This document shows positions 16,197 to 26,028 of a DNA stretch of 39,585 bases, one piece after another. The position numbers were made by a program, and so were the translations under genes. Under the pieces are notes generated by a model. It was not told the origin of the DNA. It made no database searches and was given only the letters and a program-made list of their open reading frames with translations. The DNA is from Macrostomum lignano (taxonomy: Eukaryota): NCBI GenBank assembly GCA_002269645.1, contig NIVC01004647.1, forward strand, positions 1 to 39,585, given 5' to 3'. Within the stretch, counting starts at the first letter, position 1. Each line of letters starts with the position of its first letter.

Positions 16197-18089
16197 CATT
16201 CTCTGTGGGCCGAGCACTTACCCTGGCCGCCGCCAGACGATGTAGTGCAGAATTATCTTCATTCAGAAGGCCAGCCTGACCAGACAGACGCAACAGTTCG
16301 CGGCCCATTCTGGTGTTGTCGATGTCGTTTGTCGTTAACTAGCGAAGCGTCGTTAAAGCGGCACCACCGATCTGTGAAGCATTTAAACAAACAGCAGCAA
16401 TCGGTGGGGTCGCCGCGATCGAGGTCGCCTTCGCCAGTTGCTGGCGTGGATTATTGCATCGAATGCGGCTTATCGGTGAGGCATCTGTCTGGCGGATTAG
16501 CACTGCACAGGGCTACGTCTAGGCACTATGTATCGGTTGCCAAGCTCATGGGCATGTATGAAGCACCGCCGCAGTTGCCACCGCCGCAGACTGTTCCGCC
16601 TATGTTAAATGGGACTGGAATAAAATGACAGCGGATGAGTCAAACAATACTAATACAGTCCAGCAGCAGCAGCAGAAAATATTCCGGCTTAAAAATAACA
16701 GCGAGTTGAACCAGGTAAGTTGATTTGCTGAAGGGTACCTGAGGTAGCTCAAGGAAAGACCTGAAGTAGCTGAAGGGAAAACCTGAAGAAACTGAAGGGA
16801 TACCTGAAAGTAGCTGAAGAGGAGACCTGAAGTATTGTAGCTGAAATAGACACCTGAAGTATTGTAGCTGAAGGAGAGACCTTAAGTAGCTGAAGGGGAA
16901 ACCTGAAGTAGCTGAAGGGCAGACCTGAAGTAGCTAAAGGGCAGACCTGAAGTAGCTGAAGGGGAAACCTGAAGTAGCTGAAGGGGAGACCTGAAGTAGC
17001 TGAAGGGGAGACCTGAAGTAGCTGAAGGGGAGACCTGAAGTAGCTGAAGGGGAAACCTGAAGTAGCTGAAGGGGAAACCTGAAGTAGCTGAAGGGGAGAC
17101 CTGAAGTAGCTGAAGGGGAAACCTGAAGTAGCTGAAAGGGAGACCTGAAGTAGCTGAAGGGGAAACCTGAAGTAGCTGAAGGGGAAACCTGAAGTAGCTG
17201 AAGGGGAGACCTGAAGTAGCTGAAGGGCAGACCTGAAGTAGCTGAAGGGGAAACCTGAAGTAGCTGAAGGGGAGACCTGAAGTAGCTGAAGGGGAAACCT
17301 GAAGTAGCTGAAGGGCAGACCTGAAGTAGCTGAATGGGAGACCTGAAGTAGCTAAAGGGCAGACCTGAACTACAATGTTAAAAATCGAAGTCGCTGATAA
17401 AATTTTCTCAGGGACAGCAGATTGCTTGCCAGCTGTGCAAATGCGACTTCGATTCGTTTGACGCGGTTTTGGAACACCTGAACTCGTTTGGGCATACCAG
17501 TAAACTGGCTTCTGCTGATGGTGAGGCATTGCGTTCGTGCGCCCAGTGTCACCCAACTCAGCTCCCAGTGTCAGCCACCTCAGCTCCCAGTGTCAGCCAC
17601 CTCAGCTCCCAGGTGTCACCCAACTCAGCTCCCAGTGTCACCCGCCTCAAACCCCAGCATCACCCACCTCAGCTCCCAGTGTCAGCCACCTCAGCTCCCA
17701 GTGTCAGCCACCTCAGCTCCCAGTGTCAGCCACCTCAGCTCCCAGTGTCAGCCACCTCAGCTCCCAGTGTCAGCCACCTCAGCTCCCAGTGTCAGCCACC
17801 TCAGCTCCCAGTGTCAGCCACCTCAGCTCCCAGTGTCAGCCACCTCAGCTCCCAGTGTCAGCCACCTCAGCTCCCAGTGTCAGCCACCTCAGCTCCCAGT
17901 GTCAGCCACCTCAAACCCCAGCATCAGCCGCTCACCCTGCCCGCAGCTGCCATAGTGCAGTTGGTCCGCCAACTGCCCATACTGTGCAAGGTGTGCAATG
18001 TGGCAATGTGGCCCGGCAGCTACCCAGCTCATCAGCGCGGTCGGAAGCACAAAAAAACAATTAAATCCGGTACTGTTTCAGTCATCTGA
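16197..18089 (+). CDS. Protein with four matrin/U1-type C2H2 zinc fingers; no in-frame genomic ATG; one apparent frameshift
   Basis: Exons 16197-16714 (CCGCAG| ... CAG|GTAAGT), 17412-17520 and 17947-18089. Fingers: CCRCRLSLTSEASLKRHHRSVKH, CIECGLSVRHLSGGLALHRATSRH, CQLCKCDFDSFDAVLEHLNSFGH and CKVCNVAMWPGSYPAHQRGRKH (C-x2-C-x11-13-H-x5-H). Exon 1 is one base short (518 nt), with the shift at ~16608-16622. Confidence 0.75.
16745..17370. repeat. Intronic minisatellite, 22-bp unit (GAAGTAGCTGAAGGGGAAACCT)
   Basis: Tandem copies fill zinc-finger gene intron 1 (16715-17411). Confidence 0.95.
17550..17925. repeat. Intronic minisatellite, 22-bp unit (CAGCTCCCAGTGTCAGCCACCT)
   Basis: Tandem copies fill the inferred intron 17521-17946. 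Confidence 0.95.
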
Positions 18090-18404
18090 TGACCCTACAG
18101 ATGGAGCCTGCCAAACTGATAGACAAAAGTGAGCTCCAAAAGTGAGAAGATGATAACACAGACTATATTGTCTTATTGGCAAGAGCTTCAGTTTCTTTTT
18201 CGGAACTTCTTTACCGTGTTTGGTTTTTTTGTTTTCATTTTTTGTCAGAGCCTTTCACAGGTTGTCGCATGTTTACTGTGCATTTTGGTATAAATTTTCT
18301 ACCTTGTGTGTTTATTCCGATTGAAAAATAAGAGTTTATAAATACCTACTCAACTGATTGTTTCACAACAGTAATATCATTCTTTATCTCCTATCATGCC
18401 TATC

Positions 18405-18855
18405 TGTCTTCTCCCCCTCTTAACTCTGCCTTCTCCCCTCTCAACCCTGCCTTCCCCCCCTCTCTTCTCTGCCTTCTTCCCTCTCAACTCTGCCTTCTCC
18501 CCCTCTCAACTCTGCCTTCTTCCCTCTCAACTCTGCCTTCTCACCCTCCTTTCTCTGCCTTCTTCCCTCTCAACCCTGCCTTCTCCCCCTCTCTTCTCTG
18601 CCTTCTTCCCTCTCAACTCTGCCTTCTCACCCTCCTTTCTCTGCCTTCTTCCCTCTCAACCCTGCCTTCTCCCCTCTCTTCTCTGCCTTCTTCCCTCTCA
18701 ACTCTGCCTTCTCACCCTCCTTTCTCTGCCTTCTTCCCTCTCAACCCTGCCTTCTCCCCCTCTCTTCTCTGCCTTCTTCCCTCTCAACTCTGCCTTCTCT
18801 ACCTCTCTTCTTTTCCTTCTCTGCCTTCTCTACCCCTCTTCTCTCCCTCTCCTTC
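18405..18855. repeat. CT-rich degenerate tandem repeat (TCTCAACTCTGCCTTCT-type modules)
   Basis: Strongly pyrimidine-skewed, with recurring modules. Confidence 0.85.
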
Positions 18856-19676
18856 AAATTTACACTTTCTGATTAAGAATTGTTTCATTATTGTTACTAA
18901 CATGCATATATATAACTAGGCATAATATATTTCAAAGCATTAATTTTCTGTTTAATTAAACAGTTGCAATGACAGACTCTGATTAAATACTTACAATGGA
19001 CCCGAGTACTAGTGGCTACTATAGTTCAGCATACATAAAAAACAAATCTCGATATTTTTTTTCTATTTTTAGTTTCAAGTTTATTATTATTATTATAGTT
19101 GTTTACCAAAAAAATTTCTAACTGAATCATTGCAATACCAGCTTTTGTGCGGCCTTTAGAATTGTGCGCTGTTTTTGAACCAATTATATTTTATTTTCAC
19201 AACAGAATAGCTGCCAAATAGACTGGCCAAAACAAAGATAAGGTGCTTTGATTTATGATGGTGAAAGACGGTTCTAAAATTTATTTTCTTTGAAATTTTG
19301 CGAAGCAGTTAGGTTTTCCTACTTCTAATGTACGAGTATATTTCTAAATAGTGCCAACATTTGACTACCAATAATTCAGGTTAGGGTTAGAGTTAGCGCT
19401 CTTAGTAAGCCAATTGATAATTATAAAAGAAATTAATTTATTTTTTAATATGGCAGTCTAAGCTACTCGAACTCCTAAATAATCGGTTTTTATTCACAGA
19501 TACTAGAATAATCAGATATGTCACACGCAATTAGATTTGTGAATAAACAGAGTGGCTAATCACCTAAATTTAATGTGACAGTAAAAATTTCCTTTCCTTA
19601 CTGTAGGTTTGCGGCCTCAGGAGCATATGGGGTTAAAATAAACAAGCATTTGACTCGATGTTCACAAGTGAACGCA

Positions 19677-19930
19677 AGACGGATAAAACTCAGCCTAGGG
19701 GGCCGCAGGCCCAAACTGGCTCAGCCAATGAGAGAGCAGTAAGGAGAGAGGTCAAAGTCAGACAGATAAATCTCAGCCTAGGGGGCCGCAGGCCCAAACT
19801 GGCTCAGCCAATGAGAGAGCAGTAAGGAGAGAGGTTAAAAGTCAGACGGATAAGACTCAGCCTAGGGGGCCGCAGGCCCAAACTGGCTCAGCCAATGAGA
19901 GAGCAGTAAGAAAAAGAGGACAGTCAGACA
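19677..19930. repeat. Three tandem copies of an 83-84-bp unit, each containing AGCCAATGAG
   Basis: CTCAGCCTAGGGGGCCGCAGGCCCAAACTGGCTCAGCCAATGAGAGAGCAGTAAG begins at 19689, 19772 and 19856. Confidence 0.9.
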
Positions 19931-20311
19931 AGCGGCAAGATGAGAGCCAAACTGGTTCTCAGCCTGGTTGGGGCGCCAGCCGTTTTCTCTTGCTCGCTAT
20001 GCACACGCATTGGATTTGGGTGCAGCTTCAAACAGGATGAAGATGTTAAATCAATGGGTCCGCTTGTAGAGAGTCCAGGGCGATTGTTGCAACTTCAGAA
20101 AAGCTTTGAATTTAAATGTATTGAAATTTAATAAATTTAGTGAAAGCGAAAAGCGCTACTTTTGCTACCAAATGAGCATTTTTTGTTGGTGACAACTATC
20201 AATAGTTTACAGTATCTTTGGCTTTAGCAAGGCGATCTTGGTTAAGATATATTGGACAGAAAATTTTCCCTATATATAATTTGTGTAACTCTTGATTTCC
20301 AGGTGAAAAAA

Positions 20312-23300
20312 ATGGATATTTCAACTCCCGATCTAAAGCCACCGCCGCCGCCTCAGCAGCAGCGGGCTCAGCGGCATCTTCCACCTGTTCCACCCCCGAC
20401 GCCCCGTCGGGCTCTTGACGATGTTAGCCGACTGTTGCCGCAGTGCCAGATGCGCGGCTTGAATGCGTCGGCTTCTTGGCTGGCAGAAATTGCCGATTGT
20501 CTGCTGGCTAAAGGAGGTGGCGGTGGAGGAGGCGCCTGCGGCAGCAGCGGCTCAGCGCAGTCGGCCTGCGAGCTCATACTGAGCCTGGGCTCCGACGGCT
20601 ATACCGCCTACTGTTTAGCCAAATCCTATTTGGATCGGGGAGAATTTCTACGCGCTTGCGCCTACGCTAAGAAGCGTTGCGCTAACGATAGCGCTGAGCA
20701 GTCGTCGCATCCGCTGCTGTATTTTCTGTATTTGTACTCAAAGTATCGAGCCGCTGAGAAGCGTCGATTGGACGACGAAGCCGAGCTGCGTTGGCTGCAA
20801 CAGCAGCAACCGTCGACGCAGCAACAACAGCAGCAGCAACAATCACCGCAGCAGCAGCAACAGCAGCAGCCTGCTCCTGTAGTTGGCGGAGCGGCCGGTT
20901 TAGGAGGCTCCCGTAGTGCCGTTGTGCAGAATGAACTGATCGAGGTTAGTGCGGGGATAGCTATGCGTGTAAAGGCTACTCTGGGCATTCCTGCCCAGCA
21001 GTCAATGTACACTTAAAACAATTATTCCTGCCCCGCCGCCAATGTACATTTAAAACAATTATTCCTGCCCCGCCGCCAATGTACATTTAAAACAATTATT
21101 CCTGCCCCGCCGCCAATTTACATTTAAAACAATTATTCCTGCCCCGCCGCCAATGTACATTCAAAACAATTCTTCCTGCCCCGCCGCCAATGTACATTTA
21201 AAACAATTATTCCCGCCCCGCCGCTAATGTACATTCCAAACTATTATCCCTACCCTGCCGGGATAGTCGCCGTAATCGCCGCCAATGTACATCAAAGTAC
21301 AAGAGCTTAAAGCATGCATTCTAGTTTCTTATCTACACCTCCAATTAAAAATAAAACTTTTGCAGATCAAACGCGAACTCGAACTTCGAATTCGCCGTCC
21401 AGGTCCCGGCCTGGACGCCTACTGTTACTATCTGTACGCGCTGGTGCTGAAATCGTTGGGCTACGAGGATCAGGCTAGCGCGGCGCTGACCACCTCACTG
21501 AGGCAGGAGTCAGCCCTGTGGCCGGCCTGGTCAATGCTGGCCGATCTGGTACGAAATCGGCACGAACTGGAAGGCCTAGTCTTGCCTAGGCATTGGATGC
21601 GTCAGTTCTTTTTAGTTGCCGCCTATGTTCGACTGCACGAGAGCGGCAAAGCGGAACTGCTGCTAAACGAATTGACTGCAGCGCATGGCGGCTGCCTTGC
21701 CGATTGCGCCTATCTGATGCGCTATCTGGGCATTGTGAAGGATCAGCAGAGATCCATGGGCGAGGCTAAGGCTGTGTTTAAACAGCTGTTCGAGTCTGAT
21801 AGGCAAGTTTCTGGATTTGTTCGACTTTGCTTTTTTGCTTGTTTGGTTTTTTATACATTTCTAGAGCCGTTCTAAGAATTCCGATTAAGCTGATTTAATG
21901 GTTCCAGTTTTAGCAGATTAACGGGTGTGAATTTCGGTGGATTAACAGGGTGTGAATTTCGGTGGATTAACAGGGTATGAGATTCAGCGGATTAACAGAG
22001 TAATGAGATTCAGCGGATGAACTTGGTATGAAGTTTAGTGGATTAACGGGGTATGAGATTCAGCGGATTAACAGAGTATGAGATTCAGCGGATTAACAGA
22101 GTATGAGATTCAGCGGATTAACAGAGTATGAGATTCAGCGGATTAACAGAGTATGAGATTCAGCGGATTAACAGAGTATGAGATTCAGCGGATTAACAGA
22201 GTATGAGATTCAGCGGATTAACAGAGTATGAGATTCAGCGGATTAAAATAATTAGATCCTACAGATTAACGGTTGTGGTATTTGCGCGGATGAACAGCTG
22301 AACAGGCGATTCTGTGGAAATCAATTGAGTAGCTGAGTAGCAGTGTAGCAGAAATCAATTGAGTAGCTGAGTAGCAGTGTAGCAGAAATCAATTGAGTAG
22401 CTGAGTAGCAGTGTAGCAGAAATCAATTGAGTAGCTGAGTAGCAGTGTAGCAGAAATCAATTGAGTAGCTGAGTAGCAGTGTAGCAGAAATCTATTGAGT
22501 AGCTGAGTAGCAGTGTAGCAGAAATCAATTGAGTAGCTGAGTAGCAGTGTAGCAGAAATCTATTGAGTAGCTGTGCTCGCAACTCGCTCGCTAATTAAAA
22601 AACAAACTGGCCTACCCACCCTGACAGATGCGCCCTAGATGGTGCCGATGTCTACTCCAACATTCTGTACGTTGACAACAATCACTCTCTGATGGCCGAT
22701 CTGGCGCACCAATGCGTCCTAGTTGATAAGTACCGACCGGAGACCTGCTGCGTTGTTGGCAATTATTACGGATTAAGAGGCAGTCACGACAAGGCGCTGT
22801 CTTATTTTCAACGGGCCCTGCGACTCAGGCCCGACTATGCTTTGGTGTGGATCCTGGTTGGGCACGAGTACCTGGAATTGAAGCAGGTAGCTGTTCCGCT
22901 TCGGACTTTTTTGGATTGACATTTTCTATAGGACAGGTAGATTTCAGTGTTCTCAGATAGAGTGGACAGGTAGAGTTCAGATCAGTTCAGATCAGATCAG
23001 ATCAGATAGAGTGGACAATTAGAGTTCTAGAACGAGTGGACATGTAGAGTTCAGATAGAGTGGACAGGTAGAGTTCAGATAGAGTGGACAGTTCAGATAG
23101 AGTGGACATGTAAAGTTCAGATAGAGTGGACAGGTAGAGTTCAGATAGAGTGGACAGGTAGAGCTCAGATAAAGTAGACAGGTAGAGTTCAGACAGTCTG
23201 GTGGACAGGTAGAGTTCAGACAGTCTGGTGGACAGGTAGAGTTCAGACAGTTGTGGTGGACTGGTAGAGTTCAGACAGTGTGGTGGACAGGTAGAGTTCA

Positions 23301-24677
23301 GACAGTTGTGGTGGACAGGTAGAGTTCAGACAATTGTGGTGGACAGGTAGAGTTCAGACAGTTGTGGTGGACAGGTAGAGTTCAGACAGTGTGGTGGACA
23401 GGTAGAGTTCAGACAGTTGTGGTGGACAGGTAGAGTTCAGACAGTTGTGGTGGACAGGTAGAGTTCAGACAGTGTGGTGGACAGGTAGACAGCTAAGAGT
23501 GACCTGCGCAGGTAATAATCCCTATCCCTAACCCGCCCGAGCAGGTGAGCAATGCTATCCAAGCCTACCACAAGGCGGTCACCTTCAACCCGGCGGACTA
23601 CCGCGGCTGGTACGGCCTGGGCCACGCGCACGAATTAAACAACAAATCCTATTACGCAATTTATTATTTCCGCGAATGCGAACGCCTGTGCAATACAGAT
23701 CCTCGCATTATGGTTGCCCTGGGCGAGAGCTACAGTCGGGTTAGTCTCAATGAGGAGGCGAAGAAATGCTACGTGAAAGCGTTTCACTTGGGCGATCCGG
23801 ACACAATGGCCCTGTTCCGGTTGGCTGAGCTGTACGAACATCTGGGCGAGAAGGTGAGACTACCGTCGGGTTCTTTGATGACCGCTTCAACTCCTGGGGA
23901 ATGCTGTTCGAATAAATGAGATTCTTATAGCAGATAAAAATCTCACTCTTGAGATTATCACGGGTGAGATTCTTGGAAAAGATAGTCTGAAGAGTGAGAT
24001 TCTTGGAAAAGATAGTCTTAAGAGTGAGATTCTTGGAAAAGATAGTCTTCAGAGTGAGATTCTTGGAAAATATAGTCTTAAGAGTGAGATTCTTATGGCA
24101 GATAATCTCACGGGGGAGATTCTTAGAACAGAAAAACTCAAGTTTGAGATTCTTATAGCAGATCAAATCTCGGGGATTCGTGATACGGAAAATCCTAATA
24201 GTGGGATTTTTAATACAGATTTTCTCAATGATAATCTTATTCGAACGGTGTGAGATTTTGCTGACAGTTAATTTCTAGGGTTGAATTATCGTATTAATCA
24301 TCACAAGAATCCGTAGGTTGAGATTATATAATAAAGACTTAGATTTAATCTATCTAATCTCTCAACTACGCGCCATTAATCCGCAGGACAACGCGTGCAA
24401 CGCCTACCTGATGCTGGTCAGCACAGTGATCAAAAGTGGCGCCACAGACACCAAAGCCGAGCCGGCAGCCTATCGATTCTTGGCCCAGCACTATCTGGAT
24501 CGCAACCAGACTGAGGAGGCTGCCAAAGCCGCCAAGATGTGCTTAGACTATGCCGAGACTAAAGAATTCGGCAAAGATCTGCTGCGCCAGATTGGACTGC
24601 GCGCTACAGCTGGCGCTGGCGCCGCCGTCGCCGCCACTGGCGCTGTTGCAACTTCGTTTGGTTGGGCAAAGAATTGA
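20312..24677 (+). CDS. CDC23: Cell division cycle 23 / APC8, TPR subunit of the anaphase-promoting complex
   Basis: Exons 20312-20944, 21366-21802, 22628-22886, 23545-23853 and 24387-24677 splice into one open frame. Hallmark motifs: RGLNASASWLAE, AYCLAKSYLD, LDAYCYYLYALVL, WPAW, DVYSNILYV, DKYRPETCCVVGNYYGLRGSHDKALSYFQRALRL, WILVGHEYLELK and DYRGWYGLGHAHE. Confidence 0.96.
21004..21300. repeat. Intronic minisatellite, 37-bp unit (AATGTACATTTAAAACAATTATTCCTGCCCCGCCGCC)
   Basis: Copies start at 21004, 21041, 21078 and onward, in CDC23 intron 1. Confidence 0.95.
21915..22575. repeat. Two adjacent minisatellites in CDC23 intron 2: 25-bp (GATTCAGCGGATTAACAGAGTATGA, ~21915-22250) and 34-bp (GAAATCAATTGAGTAGCTGAGTAGCAGTGTAGCA, ~22315-22575)
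   Basis: Seen directly. Confidence 0.95.
22930..23490. repeat. Intronic minisatellite, 24-28-bp unit (GTGGACAGGTAGAGTTCAGA plus a variable spacer)
   Basis: Fills CDC23 intron 3. Confidence 0.93.
23915..24170. repeat. Intronic minisatellite, 30-bp unit (GAGATTCTTGGAAAAGATAGTCTTAAGAGT)
   Basis: Lies in CDC23 intron 4. Confidence 0.9.
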
Positions 24678-24724
24678 TGCGCCCAGATCGGGGGTTTGGC
24701 AAACTTTTTTGATAACGGGTAACC

Positions 24725-25165
24725 AGGCCAAGTAGCGTCCCAGAGTCACTTGCGTCGCCCCGGAGTCGTTGCAGGTAACGCACGTAAAATAGGTTCGTAG
24801 AGTCGTATTTGGTGCGTGCCAAAGTCGCTGTAGATCGTCACTGAGTTGCGATTAAAGCGCATTTGCGTCGCTTCATGAATTAAAGTCACATCTCCGGCGT
24901 CTCAGCGGCGTTCTCCAGTTGCTAGAAAAAGTGGCCGAAAAAAAGGCGCTTATTGAATTCGAATTGCACTCTCTAACTAGCCTACTGAGTTAGTAGAAAG
25001 TTAAGCGCCAACACAACAATTCTTGGACGACTCTTTCGCGACTCTTACGACACAACACGTCGCCTCTGGGTTGTTAAAAAGTCGGGAGAGTCGGTCTGGA
25101 GTCACTAGTGATTTGTTTGCAATGACTCTTTAGCGATTCTTGTCACGGTAACGTTTTCAACGGGA
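24725..25165 (-). repeat. Interspersed repeat rich in GAGTCG/CGACTC motifs, related in inverted orientation to 11628-11935
   Basis: The reverse complement contains GTGACAAGAATCGCTAAAGAGTCATTGCAAACAAATCACTAG and TGTTGGCGCTTAACTTTCTACTAACTCAGTAG. The left boundary is uncertain. Confidence 0.6.
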
Positions 25166-25499
25166 GGAGGGCTAAGAGGCTTCGCGGGCAGCGAATTTGC
25201 CAACCCCTCATTGTCCAAATAATTAATGCTGACAAAGCTCAATTAATTAATAATTTTTTGTGTTTAAAGTGTACAATGTTTAAACTAAAATTTGTGTTTG
25301 CATTTTTGTAATTGCTAATCGAATTGATCAACTGTCTCCTAAAAGTTTGAATGCTATTACCGGTAAATAAATACATATTTTTGTAGCTCCATTTTGCGTG
25401 TTTGGTTTTCGCTGCTTTTGACAGCGAAATTTTATGTTACTATACATTTCCTACATTAGATTTTGAACATTTCGAGTACTCTGGTGCTATATCATTCGG

Positions 25500-25895
25500 C
25501 TCAGACTAGATTTTGAGGCTACCACATCAGATAGCAATGTTGGGGCTCTCTTCCAGATCAGTTGGAATCTAGGGGCTCTCTACCACATCGGATTAAATGT
25601 CGAACGTCTTCAACACCCGATTGAATTTTGGGGCTCTCTACCACACCAAGCTATATTTTCGGGCTCAACCTCACCAAGCGAGATTTTTCGGTTCCCTACT
25701 ACGCCAATCAAGATTTTCGGGCTCTCTACATAACCAAGCGAGTTTTTTTTGGGCTCTCTACCGCACCATAGAAGAATTTTCGGGCTCCCTACGACACCAA
25801 AGAATATTTTCGGGCTCTCCACCACATCGTGCTAGATTTTCGGGCTCTCTACCACACCAAGCAAGATTTTACTAGGCTTTACCACACTAAACAAG
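25500..25895. repeat. Intergenic minisatellite, ~30-bp unit (ATTTTCGGGCTCTCTACCACACCAAGCAAG)
   Basis: Degenerate tandem copies between CDC23 and RCBTB. Confidence 0.85.
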
Positions 25896-26028
25896 ATTCT
25901 CTAACTCTCAAGTGCATGGCGATGAAAATGTAGTATTTTTGCACAATAAATTAACTGCAACTGCGAGAGCTAATCAATAAAATAATTGCTCATGCTAGAG
26001 GCAGCAGCCTCCTACAACCAGTAGCGGC

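Noticed and set aside
16882-18872. ORFs 16882..17556, 17488..17955, 17537..18064 and 18396..18872
   Set aside because: Repeat-derived or off-frame readings of the zinc-finger locus.
20368-21012. Cys-rich - strand ORF 20662..21012 (metallothionein-like look)
   Set aside because: The poly-Cys is the antisense reading of the CAG/CAA poly-Gln tract in CDC23.
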